Counted from the first letter of the stretch, positions 7,689-16,929 are shown. The stretch: 24,000 nucleotides of DNA from Methanobacteriaceae archaeon (GCA_023249725.1 JAHFBZ010000007.1:15011-39010), one strand, 5' to 3'. The notes: generated by a model from the letters alone, not told the origin. Numbers and translations: made by a program.

Positions 7689-7866
7689 TAAATGGAATAT
7701 GAATCAAATTATATTAACGATTGTCAAAACAACTAAATCTCAAGGGATTCATTTTAATTAGTATAGTTGATTCATGAAAATGATATATATTTTGAATATA
7801 ATATTTTGTAATTGGTAAATTTATGATAACCGATAAAATATTTATTGATTACCATGAACAAAAGAC

Positions 7867-8505
7867 GTGGTATTAATGATTGAAAGTAAAATAAAAGTTC
7901 TCCGAAAAGCAGCACAGGTTTCCACCACCCAAAGTTCTGATAATATTTGGTGTGTAATTGCTGGAAATGAAGAAATGGTTAATAATGTAGCATACTCTGC
8001 TATTTCTTCTAAAGATCGGGTTAAAATTTTGTTCCGAGAACATGTGGACTTAAAAGAGTCATTTGTAAGAAAAAAATTTGATTTTATTATGTTATATGGT
8101 GATACTGATAAAATAAGGGAATTAAGTTTAATTTGTAAAGAAAATGGTGGTGCTTATCTTAAAATTGCCCCGTATTATGTAAAAAATGAGCCAAATCTCC
8201 TTTTATTAGCTGGGCCAGATAATGCCATTAAGAAATTTGCAGGTGATGCTGAAAAAGGCCAAATTGAATTCTCTTTTATTTTAGAAGATACCACTACGGG
8301 TTTTATTGAAACTGATGTTTATTTAACTGACCATTTACCTCAAATTATTAGGGATGTTGTAGATCCACTATTTAAAATGACTGACGTGGGTTTATCTACG
8401 ATTCTTATATCTGTAGAGGAAAAAAATATTGAAAAAATCAATGAAGTGGCCAAATCTAACAAGGTATTCGTTGTAGAATTTAATAAGATCTTAGAGGAGG
8501 AATAA
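7867..8505 (+). CDS. Hypothetical soluble protein, translationally coupled to mreB
   Basis: 212-aa ORF (GTG 7867; alternative ATG 7876). No TM segment and no motif I recognise. Its stop TAA (8503-8505) is 1 nt before the mreB ATG, and the mreB Shine-Dalgarno GAGGAGGA (8494-8501) lies within its last codons. Confidence 0.6.
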   Translation: MVLMIESKIKVLRKAAQVSTTQSSDNIWCVIAGNEEMVNNVAYSAISSKDRVKILFREHVDLKESFVRKKFDFIMLYGDTDKIRELSLICKENGGAYLKIAPYYVKNEPNLLLLAGPDNAIKKFAGDAEKGQIEFSFILEDTTTGFIETDVYLTDHLPQIIRDVVDPLFKMTDVGLSTILISVEEKNIEKINEVAKSNKVFVVEFNKILEEE

Positions 8506-8506
8506 T

Positions 8507-9580
8507 ATGTTTTCATTTGGGAAAAAGAAGGTAGAGCAAGAAGATAGAAAAAAAGCCCTTACCAGTACTTTAGGTATTGATTTAGGTACTCTTAACACTG
8601 TGGTAGCAAAACCATCTGGTGATAAATTTGACTTATATAAAATTCCTTCAGTTGTAGCAGTTAAAAAGGATGATCCTTCTTATGTGCTAGCTGTGGGTGA
8701 AGAAGCAAAGTCTATGCTCGGAAGAACTCCTGAAGACATTATAGCAGTAAGACCATTAAGAAAAGGTGTTATTGAAAGTGTTGCACAAGCCGAAGCACTT
8801 TTAGTTTTTGCTATGGAAATGGGTTCTGAAGAAGATACGACCAGTATTGATAGGATTGTTATTGGTATTCCTGGTGACGCTTCTGAAGTGGAACGCAATG
8901 CTGTTGAAGAAATTGGACGAAAAGCAGGGGCCAGTTATGTTCTTGTAATTAGTGAAGGCCTTTCTGCAGCCATAGGCGCTGGTTTGCCTATCGCTGAAGC
9001 TGCAGGAACCATGGTAATTGATATTGGTGCTGGATCCAGTGATTTGGTTGTCATATCTTTGGGTGGAATAACTGATATAGAAACCATTCGCTGGGGTGGG
9101 GATGATGTGGATGATAACATCGTAGACCAAGTTAAACAGAAATATGAAGTCGAAATAGGCATTCACGAAGCTGAAAAAGCTAAAATTAAGGTTGGAATGG
9201 TTCATTCAAACGCAGATCTAGAAATAGAAACAACCAGCTTAATTGGTAAGTGCATGAAGACTAACAAGCCTAAAGAGATAGAAGTTGATTCAACTATGGT
9301 TGCTAATGCTGCGGAACCAATTGTAGTGAAAATTGTGGAAGCATTGGCTGCTGTTCTGGAAAGGTTATCTCCTGAGTTAATTTCCGGAGTATACAATAAA
9401 ACAATTGTTGTTGGAGGAACATCTCAATTAAAAGGTCTTAAAGAACGAATATTTGAAGAAGTAGGAATTCCAGTAGAAATTTCCAATGATCCTATGACCG
9501 TAGTGGCCAAAGGAGCGGCTATTGTGGCGGCTGAACCTCGTGCTCTAGAGCCTGAAGTCAGATTAAAAGCAATGAAATAG
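8507..9580 (+). CDS. mreB: MreB-family actin-like ATPase
   Basis: Collinear with bacterial MreB: LGIDLGTLNTVV (phosphate 1), EEAKSMLGRTPEDIIAVRPLRKGVI, VIGIPGDASEVER, GTMVIDIGAGSSDLVVISLGG (phosphate 2), IVVGGTSQLKGLKERI (adenosine), PMTVVAKGAA. Confidence 0.85.
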   Translation: MFSFGKKKVEQEDRKKALTSTLGIDLGTLNTVVAKPSGDKFDLYKIPSVVAVKKDDPSYVLAVGEEAKSMLGRTPEDIIAVRPLRKGVIESVAQAEALLVFAMEMGSEEDTTSIDRIVIGIPGDASEVERNAVEEIGRKAGASYVLVISEGLSAAIGAGLPIAEAAGTMVIDIGAGSSDLVVISLGGITDIETIRWGGDDVDDNIVDQVKQKYEVEIGIHEAEKAKIKVGMVHSNADLEIETTSLIGKCMKTNKPKEIEVDSTMVANAAEPIVVKIVEALAAVLERLSPELISGVYNKTIVVGGTSQLKGLKERIFEEVGIPVEISNDPMTVVAKGAAIVAAEPRALEPEVRLKAMK

Positions 9581-9590
9581 ATTTAATCTA

Positions 9591-9613
9591 TTTTTAACTT
9601 TTTTTTAATTTTT
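9591..9613 (+). terminator. Oligo-T tracts (T5, T8, T5) directly downstream of mreB; candidate archaeal intrinsic terminator
   Basis: The sequence tttttaacttttttttaattttt starts 11 nt after the mreB stop. Archaeal RNA polymerase is known to terminate at oligo-T runs. This sequence type is common in AT-rich DNA, so confidence is moderate. Confidence 0.45.
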
Positions 9614-9867
9614 AATAAAATAAATCTAAGAAAAATTTAATAATTCATTTCAAATATTTTTTTAACTTATTATCTTCCGAAATATTAATATTTAATATTA
9701 ATTAATATTTCAGAAATTTTATTTATTCAACTGTTTATTAAGTAGTCTTTAATTATAATATAGCTTAAAGAATTAATAATAAAATTTAGTGAATTTTATA
9801 ATTTAAGTATTCAATCAATAATCTGAATAAATATTCTAGAAATTATTTATTAAAAGCAGATGAAAAA

Positions 9868-10497
9868 ATGAAGATTTTAGGAATCGATGAAGCTGGAAGG
9901 GGCCCTGTGTTAGGTCCGTTAGTTGTATGTGGGGCAGTTATACCTCAAGAAAAGATAGCTATTTTGGAGAGAATGGGAATAAAGGATTCTAAAAAACTAA
10001 CTCCTTCCCGAAGAAATGTTTTAGCCCGTAAAATAAGGAAGATGGCTGATTGTCATGTTGTGAAAATAACTGCACAAGATATAGATAATTTACGGGCCAA
10101 AGATGTCAATTTAAATGAAATTGAAAAAATTGCCATGATGAAAATTATTAACATGGCCCAAGCCGATTCGGTTATTATTGATTCTGTAGATGTTGATCCG
10201 GCAAGACTTACACGTCAAATTAAGGAAGTGGTAGGTAATGAAATGGATGTCATATCCGAGCACGGGGCAGATGATAAATATATTCCTGTGGCCGCGGCAT
10301 CCATTGTGGCTAAAGTCGAAAGAGATATTGAAATTGAAAAATTAAACCGACAATACAAAAAAATGGGTGGTATGGGTTCAGGATATCCTAGTGATCCCCG
10401 AACAAAGGCTTTTTTACAGAAATTTGAGTATGATGAGCTTCCAGATTTTGTTAGAAAATCATGGGCCACTGTAGAAAAACTTAAAAACAAAAAATAG
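9868..10497 (+). CDS. rnhB: Ribonuclease HII
   Basis: N-terminal MKILGIDEAGRGPVLGPLVV catalytic motif, DSKKL, ...HGADDKYIPVAAASIVAKVERD.... The size of 209 aa is typical for the family. Confidence 0.9.
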   Translation: MKILGIDEAGRGPVLGPLVVCGAVIPQEKIAILERMGIKDSKKLTPSRRNVLARKIRKMADCHVVKITAQDIDNLRAKDVNLNEIEKIAMMKIINMAQADSVIIDSVDVDPARLTRQIKEVVGNEMDVISEHGADDKYIPVAAASIVAKVERDIEIEKLNRQYKKMGGMGSGYPSDPRTKAFLQKFEYDELPDFVRKSWATVEKLKNKK

Positions 10498-10849
10498 TTC
10501 ATATAGGATAAAGTATAGTAAATAATTAAATATTAGCTTTTTAAAACTATTTTAATATATTTTCAGCTATTAAAAACCAAAATTAAATATTTATAAAACT
10601 TTTTAAATCAACCATAAAAACACTATTTTTAAATACTAATTTATTATAGCATCATCTATCATAAAATATTAAATAAATCTAAAAAATTAACTTTATCTGA
10701 AATCATTATATTAATTAATTTATCTTTAATATTTTTTGAGATATTAAGAAGATTATTTAATTAATTATTAGATATTAACCGGATTATCTTAAAAATTAAA
10801 TCAATAAAATAACTGATAATGAATAAATTAACTCATTAAAGGAGATATT

Positions 10850-11689
10850 ATGATATTCGACTTCTTTACCAGCACTTTTGGGACCATTTTAGAGATGTTC
10901 AAAAATGGAGGAATTATAACTTATATTATTGCTATAATTGGAATCTATGGTCTTATTACCTCTCTTGAAAAGATTCACTATTTAAGAAAAATTTCTAAAG
11001 CCAGCACCCCTCAAATTATTAATACGGTTAATGATGCCATGGAACGGGGTGGATCATTAGAAGCACTGAAATCTATTGGCCACTATCAAAATCCAGTTTC
11101 TAGAATAATTTCCGAAGCACTAAAAATCGGATATAGAAACAAAGCTGAAGTTGAAGATGCTATGGAAAGGGTTTTCATTGTTGAAATGAGTGAAATGACT
11201 AAGGGTTTAAGCATGCTGAGGACTATAATTGAAATTGCTCCTCTTTTAGGTCTTATTGGTACGGTAATTGGTATATGGTACACTTTTAAGGCCATGGGTA
11301 TTGGTGGAAACTCTTCAGGTATGGCTGAAGGAATTTATATAGCATTAATTACCACCATAGCTGGATTAGCTGTGGCTATAACATTATTACCTCTCTATTC
11401 ATACATTACGGGGCTTATTGAAAAAGAAATGGATAAAATTGAATTGGCAAAGAAAATGACTAACTGGGGATATGCTACCATGAGATTAATGGTAGATACT
11501 GATATTCCTTGTGCGGTTGAAGCTCTACGTGATTCTGATGGTATTGTAAATGTCAAGGAAATAAATGAACCTGAATCTAATATATGGGTTGCTTTTAAAC
11601 CAAGTATGCTGGAGAAAAGTATCAATAATATCATTCTAGAAAAATGTAATGCTAGTGCTGAAATTGTGGAAAGTAAATTAAAACAATAA
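10850..11689 (+). CDS. MotA/TolQ/ExbB-family proton-channel protein with an extra ~80-aa C-terminal soluble domain
   Basis: Three TM helices. The family core is IIEIAPLLGLIGTVIGIWYTF ... GMAEGIYIALITTIAGLAVAI. The C-terminal extension (MTNWGYATMRLMVDTDIPCAVEALRDSDGIVNVKEINEPESNIWVAFKP...) is not part of the classical ExbB/TolQ core. AGGAG Shine-Dalgarno precedes the ATG. Confidence 0.75.
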   Translation: MIFDFFTSTFGTILEMFKNGGIITYIIAIIGIYGLITSLEKIHYLRKISKASTPQIINTVNDAMERGGSLEALKSIGHYQNPVSRIISEALKIGYRNKAEVEDAMERVFIVEMSEMTKGLSMLRTIIEIAPLLGLIGTVIGIWYTFKAMGIGGNSSGMAEGIYIALITTIAGLAVAITLLPLYSYITGLIEKEMDKIELAKKMTNWGYATMRLMVDTDIPCAVEALRDSDGIVNVKEINEPESNIWVAFKPSMLEKSINNIILEKCNASAEIVESKLKQ

Positions 11690-11822
11690 TAAATTTAAAA
11701 GATATAATTAGAAAAATAACTTAAAACAAAATAAATTTTGTTATAAAATACAAAAAATAATTAATAACTTAATTAAATATTCATAAAAACTAATTTAGTT
11801 TATAATCATTAAAGGGGTTCAA

Positions 11823-12218
11823 ATGGCAATAGACGTTGATAAGTACCGAAAAAAGCTTAAAGGAAATAATCCTCGCTTCAATATGGTGCCTTTCATTGAC
11901 ATTCTTTTTACTATATTGATATTTGTAATAGTTACTAGCAGCTTTCAAGCAGCAGATACTTCTTCCTCAGGTAAACCTCAGCAAACAGAAAGTATGGGGC
12001 CTTCCGATTATTATCTTATACCTGTGGCGGGATTAGAAACAGTAACGGTAAATGGGGTGAATGTGTCCAATTTAATTAAAGATAGCTCTATTGCAGTACA
12101 TACTCGTGTAATTGATGAGGGGGAGATCATTATAAAGCCTAAAAATAAGATGATTATCATTACTACGCCTCCGGGCATGTCTGTGAACGAGGCGGTTAAA
12201 TCTCCTAGTAATATATGA
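11823..12218 (+). CDS. ExbD/TolR-family protein
   Basis: The N-terminus PRFNMVPFIDILFTILIFVIVTSSF matches the ExbD/TolR signature, including the conserved TM Asp (FID). A ~85-aa external domain follows. The gene is 133 nt downstream of the ExbB-like gene, and both starts share the context tcattaaagg. Confidence 0.7.
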   Translation: MAIDVDKYRKKLKGNNPRFNMVPFIDILFTILIFVIVTSSFQAADTSSSGKPQQTESMGPSDYYLIPVAGLETVTVNGVNVSNLIKDSSIAVHTRVIDEGEIIIKPKNKMIIITTPPGMSVNEAVKSPSNI

Positions 12219-12328
12219 CCTTCTAAAATAATTCAATTCAGATATTTATTAAAAATTAAAATTTATTTAATTAAGTTTACTTTATTTGCATAATGATTTT
12301 ACAACTTAAGTAGAGTAATGGTGAAAAA

Positions 12329-12928
12329 ATGTATCTTGGTAGAATTTTATCCGTCGGAAATAATGATAATGGGTCTTATGTAGCATATAGAGTTTCAAGC
12401 AGATCTTTTCCAAATAGAATGGCCAAATCCTTTGATGATAGAGTGGCCATCATTCCTAAAGAAGGATATGAAAAGGATGTTTTTGTAAATCCTTACATAG
12501 CATATAATTGTATAAAAATAGTTGATGACATTGCTGTTGTTTCTAATGGATCTCATACTGATGTAATTGCAGATAAGATTTCTGTAGGAATGAATATTAG
12601 AGATGCTCTAGCATTATCTTTAATGACTATGGACTATGAAAAAGACGACTTCAATACTCCAAGAATCGCTGGAGCAGTTACTAAATCTGGCGAAGCTTAT
12701 ATTGGTATTGTTACTCATGAAAATTTGATCGTTGAGAAAGTTCCTGAGGGAGCATGTTACATATCTACTTATGAACACATTAAACCCAATAAAGTCGAAT
12801 TTGAAGCATCTAATTCTCAAGAAGCCTCAGAATTTATTATGAATAAAGGCCAATTTGAAGAATTCACTAATCCAGTAACTTCTGCAGCGGCCTTTTTAGG
12901 GAATAAATGGCAATTAAGTTCTATTTAA
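12329..12928 (+). CDS. purO: Archaeal IMP cyclohydrolase
   Basis: [30 protein letters not shown] matches the characteristic PurO N-terminus. About 200 aa. GGTGA Shine-Dalgarno. Confidence 0.85.
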   Translation: MYLGRILSVGNNDNGSYVAYRVSSRSFPNRMAKSFDDRVAIIPKEGYEKDVFVNPYIAYNCIKIVDDIAVVSNGSHTDVIADKISVGMNIRDALALSLMTMDYEKDDFNTPRIAGAVTKSGEAYIGIVTHENLIVEKVPEGACYISTYEHIKPNKVEFEASNSQEASEFIMNKGQFEEFTNPVTSAAAFLGNKWQLSSI

Positions 12929-13015
12929 CTAATTCATCTAAAATATTACTTTATTTAATTGATGGGAAAGTAAAAATATAATAATTATAATAAAATAATT
13001 TTTAACGGTGTTTCA

Positions 13016-13777
13016 ATGCAAATCCAATTAATAGGCCTCACAGAAATTCCTCTGGTAAATGAGGGAGATAATTTGCAAGAGTTAATTCTTAAATCAGCTA
13101 ATCTGCAGGGAATAACTCTGGATGATGGGGATATTCTGGTAGTTGCTGAAACATTAATCTCTAAGGCTGAGGGGAATTTCATTGATTTAGAATCCATGGT
13201 TCCCAGTACCAAAGCTATGGATCTGGCTGAAAAAACAGGTAAAGATCCCAAACTAGTTGAAGCAATAATTCAAGAATCTACTGAAATTATTAGGGTAGGG
13301 CCGGATTTCATTGTATCTGAGACTAAACATGGTTTTATTTGTGCCAATGCTGGAATTGATGAATCCAATGTGGATGAAGGAAAAGCCACTCCTATACCCA
13401 TTAATCCTGATAAAAGCGCATTGCAATTGAGAAATAATCTTGAGAATAGTACTCAAAAGGATCTCGCAGTCATTATTTCAGATACTCAGGGCCGGCCTTT
13501 TAGAGAAGGCGCAGTTGGGGTTGCTATAGGTGTTTCTGGAATAAATTCGCTCTGGAATCGTCAGGGTGAAATTGATTTATATGGTCGGGAACTGCAAACC
13601 ACTCAAATAGCAGTGGCAGATGAATTAGCTGCTTCAGCATCTCTAATAATGGGTCAAGTAGATGAAGGAATACCTGTTGTTATTATAAAAGAATATAATA
13701 GTTTTAATAATCTTAGAAATGTAGTAGATGGAGCTAAATCTCTGATAAGGCCTAAAAAATTTGATGCATTCCGCTAA
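13016..13777 (+). CDS. cofE: Coenzyme F420-0:L-glutamate ligase
   Basis: About 250 aa with [29 protein letters not shown] and [19 protein letters not shown] blocks, as I recall for CofE. It is adjacent to cofD. Confidence 0.8.
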   Translation: MQIQLIGLTEIPLVNEGDNLQELILKSANLQGITLDDGDILVVAETLISKAEGNFIDLESMVPSTKAMDLAEKTGKDPKLVEAIIQESTEIIRVGPDFIVSETKHGFICANAGIDESNVDEGKATPIPINPDKSALQLRNNLENSTQKDLAVIISDTQGRPFREGAVGVAIGVSGINSLWNRQGEIDLYGRELQTTQIAVADELAASASLIMGQVDEGIPVVIIKEYNSFNNLRNVVDGAKSLIRPKKFDAFR

Positions 13778-14038
13778 AAGTTAATTATTTTTTATAAACC
13801 AATAAAAATAGTTAATAATCTAGAAAATCACATGAAATGAACAATAAATTTTATTACATTCAATTTCTATTACAATATACTCTTGATTGAAATTATTAGA
13901 TTTTATTTAAATTTTGTAATTTTAGATATTAGAATTAATAATTAGAATAATGGAATTAAAACTAATACTAAATAAAAATTTCTAGATTTAATTAATAAGA
14001 AAAAATATTAAGATTAATTTTAAAAAAGAGAGATTTAA

Positions 14039-14944
14039 ATGATCACAGTATTATCTGGTGGCACAGGAACTCCTAAATTAATTCAAGGAATCAAAGAGAC
14101 TATTGATCATTCTTTAATTAATGTGGTAGTAAATACTGTGGAAAATGATTATTTCTCTGGAGTTTATGTAACTCCGGATATTGACACGGTTCTTTATACG
14201 CTAGCAGATTTAATAAACGATGAAACCTGGTATGGGCTGAAAGATGATACATTCATTACTAATGAAAAATTAAATGAATTTAGTTCTCCAGAGCTGTTGC
14301 GAATTGGAGACCAGGACCGAGCTTTGAAAATACAAAAAACAATGCTTATAAAAAATCATTCTCTCTCCCAGGCAGTTGATATTCAAAGAAAAGCCCTTAA
14401 AATCAAAGCGATGATTCGACCCATGAGTGATGAGCAATCTGATATTAAAATCCTAACTCCTCAAGGAGAAATGAGTTTTCATCAGTTTTTAATTAAAGAA
14501 AAAGCTGAACCGGATGTTTTAAAAGTGGTTTATAATGATGTGGAACCGGCTCCGGGAGTAATAGAATCAATTGAAGAATCTGAAATAGTGATTATTGGGC
14601 CTTCAAACCCGATTACTTCTATAGGTCCCATAATATCAATGAATGGTGTGAAAAAAGCACTGAAAAAAGCTTATGTCGTGGGAATTTCGCCCATAATTGG
14701 TAATTTGCCAGTTAGTGGCCCTGCAGCTAAATTCATGGAAGCAACGAACCTACCTGTCTCATCAGTAGGTGTTTGTTCCCTGTATGAAGATTTTTTAGAT
14801 AAGTTTGTTATTGACCAAGAGGATATACTTTTAGAGAAAGAAATAGAAAAACTAATAAAAGAGGTCACAATAACAAACACCAAGATGAGAAACATTGGGG
14901 ATAAAGTTATGTTAGCCAGAACAGTATTGAGTGGAATATTATGA
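14039..14944 (+). CDS. cofD: 2-phospho-L-lactate transferase (LPPG:FO transferase)
   Basis: The N-terminal [18 protein letters not shown] motif and the [14 protein letters not shown] block are characteristic of CofD. 301 aa. Confidence 0.85.
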   Translation: MITVLSGGTGTPKLIQGIKETIDHSLINVVVNTVENDYFSGVYVTPDIDTVLYTLADLINDETWYGLKDDTFITNEKLNEFSSPELLRIGDQDRALKIQKTMLIKNHSLSQAVDIQRKALKIKAMIRPMSDEQSDIKILTPQGEMSFHQFLIKEKAEPDVLKVVYNDVEPAPGVIESIEESEIVIIGPSNPITSIGPIISMNGVKKALKKAYVVGISPIIGNLPVSGPAAKFMEATNLPVSSVGVCSLYEDFLDKFVIDQEDILLEKEIEKLIKEVTITNTKMRNIGDKVMLARTVLSGIL

Positions 14945-15693
14945 TACAAATGACTCTAATTCAAATTGACAACTACGGCCCTTGGACAGTTACTCCAACT
15001 CCAAGAGCCGAGGCAGATCTTCAGATTTTACAATCAGAACTATATGCTGATTTGCAAAGACAGTTTGCTGCTAAGCAAGGGCTGGTTTTTTTCACCCGCT
15101 TTGACAACATGCTGGCCATAACCAATAATGTGGATGTAGAGGACCATCTGCGCATACAAAAATCTATTGGTAACCGATATCCAGTAACCATTAGTATGGG
15201 TATTGGTGCAGCAGAAACTCCTTATGATGCTCAGAGAAATGCAACGCAAGCTCTTCAAAATTATGGTGGGGCTCAATCGGAAGAGAGAAAAGAAATTCTA
15301 GCTATTGATGGCCTGGTTAATAAGGAAGATAGCTTTGTTCAAATAGCTCACATAGATATTAATGGAATCACTGATTCTTTAACAGATATTATTCCTGCTT
15401 ATGACACTTCATTCATCGTCAATCGGGTTCAGCACTTTTTAATGAAGAAATTAATTGAAAAAGGATCACTTCTCTTCTTCATTGGTGGAGACAACTTCAT
15501 GTCGCCTTGTAATGGACTGGAACCAGAAGGACTACTGGCCATAATTAAAGAAATCGAAGATGAAATAAATGTTGCACTAAAAGCAGGTGTTGGAAAAGCC
15601 CCTACTGCTGAAAAAGCAGCTAATTTGGCGGATTTAGCTCTAGAAGAGATTCGTAGCGGCTTTACAGACTTGGTTCATGTAATGAAAGAGTAA
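14941..15693 (+). CDS. arfA: GTP cyclohydrolase III (archaeal riboflavin/FO precursor pathway)
   Basis: [22 protein letters not shown] ... [14 protein letters not shown] ... [10 protein letters not shown] ... [11 protein letters not shown] closely follows the M. jannaschii GTP cyclohydrolase III sequence as I recall it. Its ATG overlaps the cofD stop (ATGA, 14941-14944). Confidence 0.85.
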   Translation: MIQMTLIQIDNYGPWTVTPTPRAEADLQILQSELYADLQRQFAAKQGLVFFTRFDNMLAITNNVDVEDHLRIQKSIGNRYPVTISMGIGAAETPYDAQRNATQALQNYGGAQSEERKEILAIDGLVNKEDSFVQIAHIDINGITDSLTDIIPAYDTSFIVNRVQHFLMKKLIEKGSLLFFIGGDNFMSPCNGLEPEGLLAIIKEIEDEINVALKAGVGKAPTAEKAANLADLALEEIRSGFTDLVHVMKE

Positions 15694-15936
15694 TAAATAT
15701 TATTTATAATAATTTAATTTTTAATTAATTTATTAATTAAAAATAAATTTTTATAATTATTATTCCGCACTCTAATAACTTGTATGATTTAATATCTTGT
15801 TGATAGAATTAATGAACGAATTAATAAACTGAATAAAATGTTATTTTAATTAACTAAAATCCAATAGCCGTTAATTTTTTATTTAATGGTTATTAAAAGG
15901 TAATATTAACTGCAAAGGATTGATTATATTAAAGTT

Positions 15937-16656
15937 TTGGCTCCCATGGCAGGAATAACTGATGCAAAATTCTGCCTTAAATTAATTCCTTTTGGTTTTG
16001 ATATGGTTACTCTCGGTGGATACAATATTGACTCGCCCACTATCACTGCTGGTGAAAAAATTCTTCAAAGAGGAAGGCCTGAATTTTCAATAAATGAAGA
16101 AGATTATTTTGAGGTAATTTATAATCAGGCCAAGGAGATTAAGGAAAATTGGAATGGATTAGTTTCTGTAAACTTGCGTTCTACTACTCCAGATCCGATA
16201 ATTCAGATTTCAAGGATTAAAGAAGTTGATGTGGTCGAAATAAATGCTCATTGTCGTCAAAGTGAAATTACAGAAATAGGATGTGGTCAGGCCATGCTGC
16301 AAGATTTGGAACATTTAGGAGAATTTTCTGCAGAAGTAGTAAAAAATTCTTCAGCAAAAGTTTCTGTTAAATTCAGAGCTAATGTTCTGAATTTAAATGA
16401 TTTAGAAATAGCTAAGGCGGTCGAATCTTCAGGATGTGATTTTATCCATATTGATGCCATGAAGCCAGGATTTAACTATGCTGACTTGGATATTATTCAT
16501 GAAATAAGTCAGAATATTGAGACATTTCTAGTAGGCAATAACTCTATTGTAGATATTAACTCGGCCAAAAAAATGCTAGATGCTGGGGCCAATGGCATAT
16601 CTATTGCTCGGGCAGCAATGGGTGGACGAATTAATTTTGATTTATCCAAAATTTGA
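15937..16656 (+). CDS. Dus-like FMN-type TIM-barrel protein (NifR3-related archaeal family); barrel only, no C-terminal helical domain
   Basis: LAPMAGITD at the N-terminus, EINAHCRQ (parallels DINxGCP of dihydrouridine synthases), VSVKFR, and VGNNSI...GANGISIARAAMG. It is only about 240 aa. The start is uncertain: TTG 15937 in the track, with ATT 15928 possible (see findings). Confidence 0.6.
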   Translation: MAPMAGITDAKFCLKLIPFGFDMVTLGGYNIDSPTITAGEKILQRGRPEFSINEEDYFEVIYNQAKEIKENWNGLVSVNLRSTTPDPIIQISRIKEVDVVEINAHCRQSEITEIGCGQAMLQDLEHLGEFSAEVVKNSSAKVSVKFRANVLNLNDLEIAKAVESSGCDFIHIDAMKPGFNYADLDIIHEISQNIETFLVGNNSIVDINSAKKMLDAGANGISIARAAMGGRINFDLSKI

Positions 16657-16929
16657 AAATTTTTTAATTATTGATTAATATTTCTGATTGATAAACTATG
16701 GCTAAATTTTCACAAAGCTCAATTCATTAATTATGAATTCTACAATTTACAAATTTAAAATATTAATTAAATAAAAAATTAACTTTAAATAAAATTTAAA
16801 AAGTTTATTTAAATAGATTGACTAAATTAAATATAATATAAAAAATAATATTAAATTTATTTGGAAATAACGAAATAGAATAGGATATCAATCTATTATC
16901 TATTACTATTCATTGAAAAAGGTGGTAAT

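Noticed and set aside
8680-9396. Four overlapping minus-strand ORFs (64-134 aa) inside mreB. Similar antisense ORFs occur at 2184-2381, 3393-3596, 5128-5389, 5633-6022, 10215-10502, 11086-11634, 12620-12820, 12985-13456, 14671-14949, 15040-15276, 17406-17786, 18935-19177 and 21595-21801
   Set aside because: Each lies entirely within, and antisense to, a gene with strong family motifs. Their products are low-complexity or Ser/Ile-rich with no motifs or Shine-Dalgarno. They are shadow ORFs.
9679-9711. 11-bp inverted repeat gaaatattaat / attaatatttc with an 11-nt loop, between mreB and rnhB, as a regulatory hairpin
   Set aside because: The stem is nearly all A/T and would be very weak, and such palindromes are common in this composition. 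The oligo-T tracts at 9591-9613 already explain termination.
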